This document shows, piece after piece, positions 45,143-53,761 of a DNA stretch of 53,761 bases. The position numbers were made by a program, and so were the translations under genes. Source of the DNA: an uncultured Ruminococcus sp. (GTDB taxonomy: Bacteria; Bacillota; Clostridia; Monoglobales; Monoglobaceae); the NCBI GenBank assembly GCA_902777435.1, contig CACYTW010000001.1:1-53761 (forward strand). Direction: 5' to 3'. Within the stretch, counting starts at the first letter, position 1; each line of letters starts with the position of its first letter. The notes below the pieces were generated by a model, which saw only the letters and a program-made list of their open reading frames with translations, searched no databases and was not told the DNA's origin.

Positions 45143-45952
45143 CTAATACTTTTCAATATCAATTTTATGCACACTGCCCTCAATGTGTTTATCAAGGAAG
45201 GCACTTCCAAGCTCCTCAAAGCCAACAACCGTATCACTTACATAATATTTCGCCGTGCCTGTATTTTTTAAGCCGCACAAGCTTCCGCTCTTTTGCAGAT
45301 GTTCCTTTGCCTCTACTGCCGCAGCCGCCCCCGAGTCGATAAGCCTTACATCATCGCCCATAAACTTTTGTATTTCTTTTCTGAGCAGAGGATAATGGGT
45401 ACAACCCATTATCAATGTGTCAACACCCTTTTCTTTAACAGGTGCCAAATACTCCTCAACTATTATTCGGGCAACCTCGCCTTCTGTATAACCATTTTCC
45501 ACAAGCGGCACAAACATCGGACAGGCTGTGCTGTATACCTCTGTGTCGGGGTTTATTCGGTTGATAGTTTCAAGGTACTTTCCGCTGTTTATTGTTCCCT
45601 GAGTTCCAATTACGCCTATCTTGCCGTTTTTGGTAACAGCAACCGCTTCACGGCAGGTAGGTTCAAGGACACCTATAACCTCTGTCTTTATCTCGTCCTG
45701 TATATTGGGCAATGCCGCACTGCTCGCTGTTCCGCAGGCAATGATTATAAATTTTATATCAAAGGTTTCAAGAAAATTTATGTTTTGTCTTACGTATTTT
45801 ATAATGGTTTCCTTACTTTTCGTTCCGTAAGGAACACGTCCCGTATCGCCAAAATATATAATATTTTCGTTTGGCATTATCTCCATAACCTTTTTCACGC
45901 AAGTAAGCCCGCCAAGTCCTGAGTCAAAAATTCCAATAGCTCTGTTATCCAT
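45143..45952 (-). CDS. murI: Glutamate racemase
   Basis: 269 aa. IGIFDSGLGGLT, ACGTAS, GCTHYP. Confidence 0.95.
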   Translation of the reverse strand: MDNRAIGIFDSGLGGLTCVKKVMEIMPNENIIYFGDTGRVPYGTKSKETIIKYVRQNINFLETFDIKFIIIACGTASSAALPNIQDEIKTEVIGVLEPTCREAVAVTKNGKIGVIGTQGTINSGKYLETINRINPDTEVYSTACPMFVPLVENGYTEGEVARIIVEEYLAPVKEKGVDTLIMGCTHYPLLRKEIQKFMGDDVRLIDSGAAAAVEAKEHLQKSGSLCGLKNTGTAKYYVSDTVVGFEELGSAFLDKHIEGSVHKIDIEKY

Positions 45953-45974
45953 AACTCTTTAACTTTCCCCCAAA

Positions 45975-47039
45975 TTAATCTTCCATAGCGTATTCAATCA
46001 ACTTGTCAATCAGATTTGTTATTGCAAGCCCGCTCTTTTCCCAAAGTTTAGGGTACATACTTATAGATGTAAAGCCGGGCAGGGTGTTTATCTCATTTAA
46101 TTTAATTTCGCCCGTAACCTTATCAACAAAGAAGTCAACACGTGAAAGGCCGCGGCACTCACAAATCTTATATGCCTTTACTGCGTATTCGCGGATTTTA
46201 TCTGCGGTTTCATCGTCAACAGGTGCCGGCATCAAAAGTTTTGAATTATCGTCCTTGTACTTTGCATCATAATCATAGAACTCTGCCGCAGGTACAATCT
46301 CGCCTATAACAGATGCACAGACAGGGTTCAGGTTACCCATAACAGCGCTCTCTACCTCCCTGGCGTTTACCGCTTCTTCAACAAGAATTTTCCTGTCGTG
46401 AGGCGCTGCCGCCGCTATGCCCTTTTCAAGTTCTTCTCTGTTTTCAGCCTTGCTTATTCCCACAGACGAGCCTGCATTTGACGGCTTGATAAAGCAGGGA
46501 TAACCAAGTTTTTTCTCTATCTCGCAAAGCTTGCTCTTATCATAATTTCCTTTTGCGTCAACCCTTACAACAACCCAATCAGCCTGAGGAATTCCCGCTT
46601 CCTTAAACAAAATTTTGGCGATACACTTATCCATACACATAGAACTGCCGATAACACCGGGGCCGACACACGGAATATTCGCAAGCTCAAGCAACCCTTG
46701 AATTGTTCCGTCCTCTCCGTTCTTGCCGTGCATAGCAGGAATAGCAACATCTATGCTTATCTTTTTAACGACCTCATTATCAAAGACAAGTATTCCGCCG
46801 TCTTCTCTGTCAGGAGAAATTATAGCCTTTTTATAGTTATCCGCATTTTTGTCAAACTCAACTATTTTATCAGCTTCGTCATCAAAATAACGCCACTCTC
46901 CCGTTTTTGTTATACCTATTTTATGTATATTATATTTTTCTTTATCAATTGATTTAACAACAGTTGTGGCAGACACAAGCGAAACCTCGTGCTCACTTGA
47001 TACTCCGCCGAACAATATACAAACATTAATCTTATTCAT
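45975..47039 (-). CDS. ddl: D-alanine--D-alanine ligase
   Basis: Start at MNKINVCILFGGVSSEHEVS (47039). ATP-grasp motifs. Confidence 0.95.
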   Translation of the reverse strand: MNKINVCILFGGVSSEHEVSLVSATTVVKSIDKEKYNIHKIGITKTGEWRYFDDEADKIVEFDKNADNYKKAIISPDREDGGILVFDNEVVKKISIDVAIPAMHGKNGEDGTIQGLLELANIPCVGPGVIGSSMCMDKCIAKILFKEAGIPQADWVVVRVDAKGNYDKSKLCEIEKKLGYPCFIKPSNAGSSVGISKAENREELEKGIAAAAPHDRKILVEEAVNAREVESAVMGNLNPVCASVIGEIVPAAEFYDYDAKYKDDNSKLLMPAPVDDETADKIREYAVKAYKICECRGLSRVDFFVDKVTGEIKLNEINTLPGFTSISMYPKLWEKSGLAITNLIDKLIEYAMED

Positions 47040-47318
47040 TAGGTTTTCACCTTCCCAAAACATAATAATCCACCATAATATCATTATAAGTTATATTTTA
47101 CATCACTTTGTTTTAAAAATCAATATGTATATATACTAAATATATGTTAAAAATATATTAAGTTACTAATTTTTCATAATTATTACTTAAAAATCCGAAA
47201 ATTGTGGATAAATTTCCCCAAAGCCCTCTATGTAGTAAAGGAGGATGGCACGCGAAGCGTGACGGGAGGATTGTCAATACTATGTAAAACAATTCCTCAG
47301 TCAGCGGATCTGACAAAC

Positions 47319-47344
47319 GGAACGATGTGGGCATCGTTCCCTAC
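47319..47344 (-). repeat. GTAG-headed REP-like element, copy 3, with compensatory stem change
   Basis: GGAACGATGtgggCATCGTTCCCTAC. Relative to copies 1 and 2, the G>A and C>T changes occupy paired positions, so the stem is preserved. It shares the CAAAC flank with copy 2. Confidence 0.65.
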
Positions 47345-47467
47345 GATTAAACAAGCGAGCCCTAAAACTGAGAAAATATACAAAAGAAAATTGCAAAGCC
47401 CCACTATTTTACGTGATTTTTACGTTTTATAAACAACCAACAATTATTATTTCAAAGGAGCAAAAAA

Positions 47468-48091
47468 ATGCAATCAAAACTTACAAGAATTTTACTTTCG
47501 CTTATTTTTATGTCGATAATCTTTATGGTATTTACCATAGGTTATGTTATGAATATGAAGACAAATATAGAGGACAGTGTGCTGAGATTACATATAGTCG
47601 GAGCAAGCGACTCTGCTTGCGACCAAGAACTGAAGCTGTGCGTCAGAAACAGAATTTTGTCGGACTTTTCTTCTGTTCTCTCAGACTGCTCCTCTGTAAC
47701 AGAGTCAAAAAATGTCGTTATGCAAAATCTTGAACAAATAAAATCGGCCGCCGAGGACGAGCTTCACCAAAGAGGCTGTCACTATTCCGCAACGGCATCC
47801 ATAGAGGAATGTAAGTTCCCCACAAAAAAATACGGCAGTATCCTTTTGCCTGCCGGAAAATATTATGCTCTGAATATAAAAATCGGCCCTGCACTCGGTC
47901 AAAATTGGTGGTGCGTTATGTATCCGCCCTTATGCATAACCGATACCTCTGTTGAAATTTCTGAAGAATCAAATGAAAAGCTGAAAAGTATACTCTCCTG
48001 CGAAGAATACAGATTAATCTGCGACAGCGAAACGCCTGATGTTAAAATTAAATTTAAAATCGCTGAAATAATAGGAAGATATTTCAGATGA
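47468..48091 (+). CDS. spoIIR: Stage II sporulation protein R
   Basis: 207 aa with a signal/TM segment. LRLHIVGASDSACDQELKLCVRNRIL, and WWCVMYPPLC near the C-terminus. Confidence 0.8.
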   Translation: MQSKLTRILLSLIFMSIIFMVFTIGYVMNMKTNIEDSVLRLHIVGASDSACDQELKLCVRNRILSDFSSVLSDCSSVTESKNVVMQNLEQIKSAAEDELHQRGCHYSATASIEECKFPTKKYGSILLPAGKYYALNIKIGPALGQNWWCVMYPPLCITDTSVEISEESNEKLKSILSCEEYRLICDSETPDVKIKFKIAEIIGRYFR

Positions 48092-48099
48092 CGCATTTT

Positions 48100-48128
48100 A
48101 ATGGGGAACGAATTGCTCGTTCCCCATT
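48100..48128. terminator. Bidirectional terminator between spoIIR and the lipoprotein gene
   Basis: AATGGGGAACGA-attgc-TCGTTCCCCATT with A/T flanks on both sides. Confidence 0.7.
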
Positions 48129-48141
48129 GATTATCACAAAC

Positions 48142-48852
48142 CTATTTTAGTCCCCCGGTTGCCGCAGAGTAAAGGCTTACACGCATTGTTGCAATATTAC
48201 CCGTACTGTTGCTGAACATAAAATCCTGCAAATAGTAATTGGAAGTATCCTCCGACTTAAGCTCGCTTGTCAGCTTTGTGCCAAGATACTCGATTTTTCT
48301 GCCACTCTTCTTAAAATATCTCGTAGCGCGTGAAGCCTCTTTTATGCTTTCGCCTGTGGCTTCGTCTGTGCTCTGAGAGCCTTCGCTGTAATCTGCACCA
48401 TATGCCTTTTTAAAATCTTCGGCTGTGCTTCCGATGTGTATTCCTCTCGATGTTGAATATCGCGTTCCCTTTTCGCCTTCAAAAACACCATTGGATACAC
48501 TCAGCATAACCGCAATATCATTGTCATACTTTACAACTATTCCGTCATATGTGACAGTGTTTCGGTCAACCAACTCAGGCTCACCTGCAATCTCTTCTAC
48601 ATCTGCTTTATTCATACCGAGAGCAACCTTTTTGCCCGTTACTGTATCTATAAACGACAGGTCATCCTCGCCATATTGATATTGGGTGTCCTCATCTCTC
48701 TCGTCAAGCACAACCTCATAGTTCTTCTTCTGACCGTCACCTATTTTGACAATATTTTCGCCTGACTCACTTGCAGTCTTTTTTCTGCAACCGCCAAATA
48801 CAAAAATAGTGCATACAATCAATGCTATACTTATAAACCTAATCTTTTTCAT
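48142..48852 (-). CDS. Hypothetical lipoprotein
   Basis: 236 aa with lipobox VFGGC. Starts 12 nt after the mnmG stop. Confidence 0.6.
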   Translation of the reverse strand: MKKIRFISIALIVCTIFVFGGCRKKTASESGENIVKIGDGQKKNYEVVLDERDEDTQYQYGEDDLSFIDTVTGKKVALGMNKADVEEIAGEPELVDRNTVTYDGIVVKYDNDIAVMLSVSNGVFEGEKGTRYSTSRGIHIGSTAEDFKKAYGADYSEGSQSTDEATGESIKEASRATRYFKKSGRKIEYLGTKLTSELKSEDTSNYYLQDFMFSNSTGNIATMRVSLYSAATGGLK

Positions 48853-48864
48853 TTGGGCTTTCTC

Positions 48865-50724
48865 CTACTTTAAATAAATTAATAAAACTGCAATATCCGC
48901 AGGGGACACGCCTGAAATTCTTGATGCCTGACCTAAGGAAACAGGTCTGACCTTGTCCAGCTTTTGACGTGCTTCCAGTCGCAGACCATCTATTTTTGTA
49001 TAGTCTATGTCTTTAGGCAGTTTCTTATTCTCAAGTTTGGAGAATTGTTGCGCTTGTGCAAGCTGGCGATTTATATAGCCCTCATATTTTATGCTGATTT
49101 CAACCTGCTCGCATACATCTTTGGGAAGTTCAGTTCTGTCCTTGTCAATCGGTGCAAGACTTTCATAGGTAATCTCAGGGCGTTTTAACAATTCATCTGC
49201 GTGAATACCCGTCTTTATCGGTGTGCAGTTCACACTGTTCAGCACCTCCAAAACCGCCTCTGACGGCGGAAATACAAGTTTTTTAAGTCTTGCAATTTCC
49301 CTGTCGATTTGTTCACGCTTTTTCAAAAACTTCTCATATCGCTCATCAGATATCAAACCGATTTTATGTCCCAATGGAGTTAAACGCAAATCTGCATTAT
49401 CCTGTCTTAAAAGAAGTCTGTACTCAGAGCGTGAGGTCATCATTCGATATGGCTCATTTGTGCCCTTTGTTACCAAATCATCAATAAGAGTACCGATATA
49501 CGCTTGTGAACGCTCAAGAATAAACGGCTCTCTGCCCAAAAGCTTTAATGCCGCATTTATACCTGCAATCAAGCCTTGTGCGGCAGCCTCCTCATATCCC
49601 GAACTACCGTTGAACTGTCCTGCACCATACAAACCCTTAATGTTTTTAAATTCAAGAGTGGGATTTAACTGAAGAGGGTTGGCACAATCATATTCTATTG
49701 CATAGGCATTACGTGTGACCTGAGCATTTTCAAAACCCTTAAGAGAGCGTATCATTTGCAGTTGTACGTCCTCGGGCATACTGCTTGAAAAGCCTTGAAG
49801 ATACATTTCTTCTGTATTGAGTCCCATTGGTTCGACAAACAGTTGATGTCTTTCCTTGTCCTTAAAGCGAACAATTTTATCTTCAATAGAAGGACAGTAT
49901 CTCGGTCCGATACCCTTGATATCACCGCCGAACAACGGAGAGCGGTCTAAGTTGTCAAGAATTATTTTGTGCGTTTTTTCGTTTGTATATGTAATATGAC
50001 AGGAAACCTGATTTTCAAGCTCTCCCTCAGACTCAAATGAGAACGGAGTTATTTCGTCATCGCCCTTCTGTTCCTCAAGCTCGGAAAAATCAATACTGCG
50101 TCGGTTAATTCGAGGCGGTGTACCCGTTTTAAATCTAACCAATTCAACACCTATTTTGCGTAGGCTATCGGACAATCCATTGGCAGGGAAAACTCCGTCA
50201 GGACCGCTTTCCTGACTAAATTCACCAATTATAATTCTCGATTTTAAGTATGTTCCCGTACACACAATTACCGCCCTGCACAAATATTCTGCACCTGACA
50301 TAGTGATTACGGAGCGGACAGAGTTGTCGTCATTGGTCGTAACCTCAACTATCTCAGCTTGACGCAAATCAAGATTTTCACACAGTTCAAGACGATGCTT
50401 CATATCGCTTTGATAACTTTTTCTGTCAATCTGTGCCCTGAGAGAATGAACCGCAGGCCCTTTGCCTCGGTTTAATATTCTTGATTGAATAAAGTTTGCG
50501 TCGGCAGCCTTGCCCATTTCTCCGCCCAGGGCGTCAATCTCTCGTACCAAATGCCCCTTTGCCGTGCCTCCTATGCTGGGATTGCACGGAAGATTGGCAA
50601 CACCGTCCAGCGTAATTGAAAATATACAGGTTTTAAGTCCCAGCCTTGCCGAAGCAAGTGCCGCTTCTATTCCTGCGTGACCGCCGCCGATAACGACCAC
50701 ATCATATGTGTCTGCAGTAAACAA
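48865..50724 (-). CDS. mnmG: tRNA uridine 5-carboxymethylaminomethyl modification enzyme MnmG (GidA)
   Basis: 619 aa. [23 protein letters not shown]-like [18 protein letters not shown]. Confidence 0.95.
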   Translation of the reverse strand: MFTADTYDVVVIGGGHAGIEAALASARLGLKTCIFSITLDGVANLPCNPSIGGTAKGHLVREIDALGGEMGKAADANFIQSRILNRGKGPAVHSLRAQIDRKSYQSDMKHRLELCENLDLRQAEIVEVTTNDDNSVRSVITMSGAEYLCRAVIVCTGTYLKSRIIIGEFSQESGPDGVFPANGLSDSLRKIGVELVRFKTGTPPRINRRSIDFSELEEQKGDDEITPFSFESEGELENQVSCHITYTNEKTHKIILDNLDRSPLFGGDIKGIGPRYCPSIEDKIVRFKDKERHQLFVEPMGLNTEEMYLQGFSSSMPEDVQLQMIRSLKGFENAQVTRNAYAIEYDCANPLQLNPTLEFKNIKGLYGAGQFNGSSGYEEAAAQGLIAGINAALKLLGREPFILERSQAYIGTLIDDLVTKGTNEPYRMMTSRSEYRLLLRQDNADLRLTPLGHKIGLISDERYEKFLKKREQIDREIARLKKLVFPPSEAVLEVLNSVNCTPIKTGIHADELLKRPEITYESLAPIDKDRTELPKDVCEQVEISIKYEGYINRQLAQAQQFSKLENKKLPKDIDYTKIDGLRLEARQKLDKVRPVSLGQASRISGVSPADIAVLLIYLK

Positions 50725-50747
50725 ATTATTTCATCTCCTGTTGTTGA

Positions 50748-52430
50748 TTAGAACAAGCCTGTAATGGTTCCGTCATTGTCTATATCCATTTTATTCGCCG
50801 TGGGAACCTTAGGCAGTCCCGGCATTGTCATTACGTCACCTGTGAGTGCAACCACAAAGCCCGCTCCGGCAGATACGCGAACCTCTCTGACTGTAATTGT
50901 AAAGTCCTCGGGTCTGCCGAGAAGTGCCGGGTTGTCAGACAGCGAATACTGAGTTTTCGCCATACATACAGGCGTTTTATCAAAACCAAGCTCCGTAAGC
51001 TCTTTTATGGCTTTTTCCGCCTTTGCAGTGTATGCTACATCCTTTGCTCCGTATATCTCTTTTGCAATTATTGCAATCTTTTCTTTAATTGGCAAATCAG
51101 CATCATATATAGGTGCAAAATTTAACTTATTTTCTTTCTCTGCATTTTCGATTGTTGCGACTACCTTGCCTGCAAGGTCTGTACCGCCGTCGCCGCCCTT
51201 TGCAAATACCTCGCACATTGATGCAAGCACACCTTTTTCAGCACAGTAGTCCTCAACAACTTTGATTTCAGCATCTGTATCTGTCCCAAAGCGATTGATT
51301 GCAACCACAACGGGAACGCCGTATTTGTGCATATTCTCAATATGCTTACCGAGGTTTACTATTCCTGACTTAAGTGCCTCAACATTTTCTTCTGAAAGGT
51401 CAGCCTTTTTAACACCGCCGTTATATTTTAATGCTCTGATTGTGGCTACAAGTACCACGCAGGAGGGCTCAAGCTCACCAAAACGGCATTTAATATCAAA
51501 GAACTTTTCCGCACCCAAATCCGAGCCAAATCCTGCCTCTGTAATACAATAATCAGCAAGTTTCATTCCCAGCCTGGTAGCACGGATTGAATTACAGCCG
51601 TGCGCAATATTCGCAAAAGGTCCGCCGTGCATAAGGCAAGGTGTGTTTTCAAGAGTTTGAACAAGGTTGGGCTTTATGGCATCGTGAAGGAGTAATCCCA
51701 TTGCACCTGCGACCTCTAAATCTCCTGCTGTTACAGGCTTGCCCTCTGTGTTGTAGCCGATAACTATTCTCGCAAGTCTGTTCTTTAAATCTGTCATATC
51801 CGTTGCAAGACACAATATAGCCATAATCTCACTTGCAACAGTAATCATAAATCCGTCCTCACGAGGAAAACCGTTTACCTTTCCGCCAAGACCTACTACA
51901 ACCTCTCTTAAAGCACGGTCATTCATATCCAGGCAACGCTTCCAGGTTATACGTCTTACATCTATATTCAGTGCATTGCCCTGATGAATATGATTATCAA
52001 TAGCCGCAGACAAAAGGTTATTTGCCGCTGTTATTGCGTGCATATCTCCTGTAAAATGAAGATTGATGTCCTCCATTGGCACAACCTGAGCATATCCGCC
52101 GCCTGCCGCACCGCCCTTGACGCCCATAACAGGTCCCATTGACGGCTCACGCAGAGCAATAATCGCAGACTTGCCTATCTTTGGCATAGCTTGTCCCAAA
52201 CCGACAGTCACGGTTGTCTTGCCCTCCCCTGCGGGGGTTGGATTGATTGCGGTCACAAGTATAAGCTTGCCGTCCTCTTTAGATGCAGACTCAGCAATAA
52301 ATTCATCTGAGAGTTTAGCCTTATACTTTCCGTAATATTCAAGAGCTTCCTCAGGGATGCCGACCTTATCGGCTATCTCGCGTATTGGTAACATTTTTGC
52401 ACTTTGAGCTATTTCAATATCAGTTTTCAC
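50748..52430 (-). CDS. fhs: Formate--tetrahydrofolate ligase
   Basis: Probable GTG start at 52430, 7 nt after GAGGGAG, giving (M)[19 protein letters not shown]-loop. Confidence 0.93.
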   Translation of the reverse strand: MKTDIEIAQSAKMLPIREIADKVGIPEEALEYYGKYKAKLSDEFIAESASKEDGKLILVTAINPTPAGEGKTTVTVGLGQAMPKIGKSAIIALREPSMGPVMGVKGGAAGGGYAQVVPMEDINLHFTGDMHAITAANNLLSAAIDNHIHQGNALNIDVRRITWKRCLDMNDRALREVVVGLGGKVNGFPREDGFMITVASEIMAILCLATDMTDLKNRLARIVIGYNTEGKPVTAGDLEVAGAMGLLLHDAIKPNLVQTLENTPCLMHGGPFANIAHGCNSIRATRLGMKLADYCITEAGFGSDLGAEKFFDIKCRFGELEPSCVVLVATIRALKYNGGVKKADLSEENVEALKSGIVNLGKHIENMHKYGVPVVVAINRFGTDTDAEIKVVEDYCAEKGVLASMCEVFAKGGDGGTDLAGKVVATIENAEKENKLNFAPIYDADLPIKEKIAIIAKEIYGAKDVAYTAKAEKAIKELTELGFDKTPVCMAKTQYSLSDNPALLGRPEDFTITVREVRVSAGAGFVVALTGDVMTMPGLPKVPTANKMDIDNDGTITGLF

Positions 52431-52479
52431 TTGGACTCCCTCTTTCATAAAAGTATAATATTTTATGTTTACCACTTAT

Positions 52480-52508
52480 ATAATACCAAAAAAGATATTG
52501 GTTGTAAA
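52480..52508 (-). promoter_or_regulatory. Candidate promoter of fhs
   Basis: On the minus strand: TTTACA, 17 nt, TATTAT. Confidence 0.45.
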
Positions 52509-52617
52509 CAGCCAAAATTAAATTTCATAAAAGATTTACAAATAATTTGAATACGTTGTAACCAAATTTTAAATTCCGCGTATGATAAAGTGAACACTAA
52601 ATAGGAGGTGCAAATTT

Positions 52618-52743
52618 ATGTTTGGTAATGGTTGTGGGGATAACTGCTGTTGGTGGATAATCATAATCTTATTATTGATCTGCTGCTGCGGTAACGAAAA
52701 CAATGGTCTTAGCCGCGGAAATAACAACTGCTGCTGCGATTGA
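52618..52743 (+). CDS. Tiny Cys-rich single-TM peptide, paralog 1
   Basis: 41 aa, not in the ORF track: MFGNGCGDNCCWWIIIILLLICCCGNENNGLSRGNNNCCCD. ATG lies 8 nt after AGGAGG. Confidence 0.55.
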   Translation: MFGNGCGDNCCWWIIIILLLICCCGNENNGLSRGNNNCCCD

Positions 52744-52837
52744 TGTTTAAGTGAACAGCAAGTACATAATCCCTTTAAAACCGGATTATGTACCCCTTGA
52801 CAGATGAAAGAAAATAATATAAAAGGAGGTAACCTGT

Positions 52838-52948
52838 ATGTCTTGCTTCGGAGGAGATAACTGTTTGTGGATTATCATTCTTATAGTCCTCATCTTCTGT
52901 TGCTGTGGTGATAACGGCAGCTGCGGCTGCGGTAATGGCTGCTGCTAA
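52838..52948 (+). CDS. Tiny Cys-rich single-TM peptide, paralog 2
   Basis: 36 aa, not in the ORF track: MSCFGGDNCLWIIILIVLIFCCCGDNGSCGCGNGCC. ATG lies 8 nt after AAGGAGG. Shares the GDNC-W-hydrophobic-CCCG architecture with paralog 1. Confidence 0.55.
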   Translation: MSCFGGDNCLWIIILIVLIFCCCGDNGSCGCGNGCC

Positions 52949-52979
52949 AACATAATAAGCCGTCACAGGCATATTACAC

Positions 52980-53007
52980 GGGCTGAATGTGCAAGCGCAT
53001 TCAGCCC
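52980..53007. terminator. Hairpin terminator between the tiny-peptide genes and spmB
   Basis: GGGCTGAATG-loop-CATTCAGCCC followed by CTTATTTTATT. Confidence 0.6.
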
Positions 53008-53013
53008 CTTATT

Positions 53014-53535
53014 TTATTCCAGCACAAGACTCACAATTAACGCAGAAAAAATTATTCCCGTCAGGTCTGCCGACAGGGCAGAAGGTATGGTATGTCGTGT
53101 ATTCTTTATACCCACCGCACCGAAGTATACGGCAATGGTATAAAAAGTCGTTTCGGTTGAACCCATCATAACAGAGGCAATTTTACCTATTTGCGAATCA
53201 GGACCATAGGTTTTGAATATATCCGTAACGAGAGCCAGGGAGGCACTGCCCGATATAGGCCGCAAAATCGACAATGGCAAAACCTCGGCAGGCAAACCCA
53301 CATACGATAAAATCGGAGAGAGTGCTTTTGCAATTATCTCAAGTGCACCGCTTTCGCGAAACATAGAAATGGCGACCATCAGCCCCACAAGGGGAGCGAT
53401 AATTCCAAACATACTCTCTACACCGCTTTTGGCACCCTCCACAAAACATTCGTATACGTTGACCTTGCGTATAAGACCAAAAACTATGAATGAAACTATA
53501 AAAACAGGAATTGCATAAACAGAAATATACTTCAC
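53014..53535 (-). CDS. spmB: Spore maturation protein B
   Basis: 173-aa polytopic protein, nucleoside-recognition-like (Gate) sequence. Immediately follows the spmA-like ORF. Confidence 0.8.
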   Translation of the reverse strand: MKYISVYAIPVFIVSFIVFGLIRKVNVYECFVEGAKSGVESMFGIIAPLVGLMVAISMFRESGALEIIAKALSPILSYVGLPAEVLPLSILRPISGSASLALVTDIFKTYGPDSQIGKIASVMMGSTETTFYTIAVYFGAVGIKNTRHTIPSALSADLTGIIFSALIVSLVLE

Positions 53536-53761
53536 TTAAAGAGTCCTCTTTTCGAGAATTTTTGCAACGATAATTCCTACAATAACAGCAATAATGCTGA
53601 CTATCCACACAGGAACGATTACCTCACCCGGATTGGCGGAACCAAAGCTCTGCCGCATTGAAATCAAGGTTGCAGGGAGCAGTTGAATTGATGCTGTGTT
53701 TATTACGATAAACATACACATATCATTGCTTGCGTCAGGGCGGTATTTATTTTCCTTGTGA
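53536..53761 (-). CDS. spmA: Spore maturation protein A, N-terminus outside window
   Basis: The frame is open to the window edge. The C-terminal TM segments abut spmB with no gap. Confidence 0.7.
   Translation of the reverse strand, partial: HKENKYRPDASNDMCMFIVINTASIQLLPATLISMRQSFGSANPGEVIVPVWIVSIIAVIVGIIVAKILEKRTL

Noticed and set aside
47203-47211. Single perfect DnaA box (TGTGGATAA) in the ddl-spoIIR spacer
   Set aside because: An isolated 9-mer is expected by chance at roughly this frequency in AT-rich DNA, and there is no cluster.
47202-47733. ORFs 47202..47432 and 47413..47733
   Set aside because: The first spans an intergenic region containing a REP-like element and has no RBS. The second is an alternative frame overlapping spoIIR.
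52775-52972. 65-aa minus-strand ORF (Ala/Thr-rich)
   Set aside because: It is the antisense shadow of the Cys/Gly-rich tiny-peptide gene, since GCA/GCC codons are the complement of TGC/GGC. It has no RBS, whereas the plus-strand ORFs have strong ones.

Overview
The window is a chromosomal segment from a low-GC, spore-forming Firmicute, most likely class Clostridia (spoIIR, spmA/spmB, type-Z S14, KOW gene between map and infA). Most of it is core genome on the minus strand. It holds a complete S10-spc ribosomal protein cluster (rpsJ to infA, 27.2-40.2 kb), which abuts a capA-like gene and the rpmH-rnpA-yidD-yidC-jag cluster (23.2-25.9 kb). It also holds argS, murI, ddl, mnmG, fhs, secG, mntP, tcdA, rhaB, azlCD, a partial GH13 gene, one tRNA-Thr, and an activase/dehydratase-like operon with a MarR gene.

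The only clearly accessory block is a 5.7-kb integrase-less, phage-derived island (16.1-21.8 kb). It carries a fibre-like gene, a portal-like gene, a CI/LexA-type repressor with a divergent-promoter switch, a late-activator-like gene and terL.

I found no CRISPR array, no recognisable defence system and no rRNA. The items most worth a second look are:
- two tandem tiny Cys-rich single-TM peptide genes missed by the ORF track (52.6-52.9 kb)
- a family of GTAG-headed REP-like hairpins, including a cluster just upstream of terL
- a same-orientation DnaA-box cluster plus AT tract downstream of jag, with no dnaA next to rpmH
- a multi-hairpin intergenic RNA-like region with a duplicated RBS segment (5.9-6.1 kb)
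- a 157-nt element closed by a 24-bp stem (4.6-4.8 kb)

All functional calls rest on reading the translations and motifs by eye. No database search was run.
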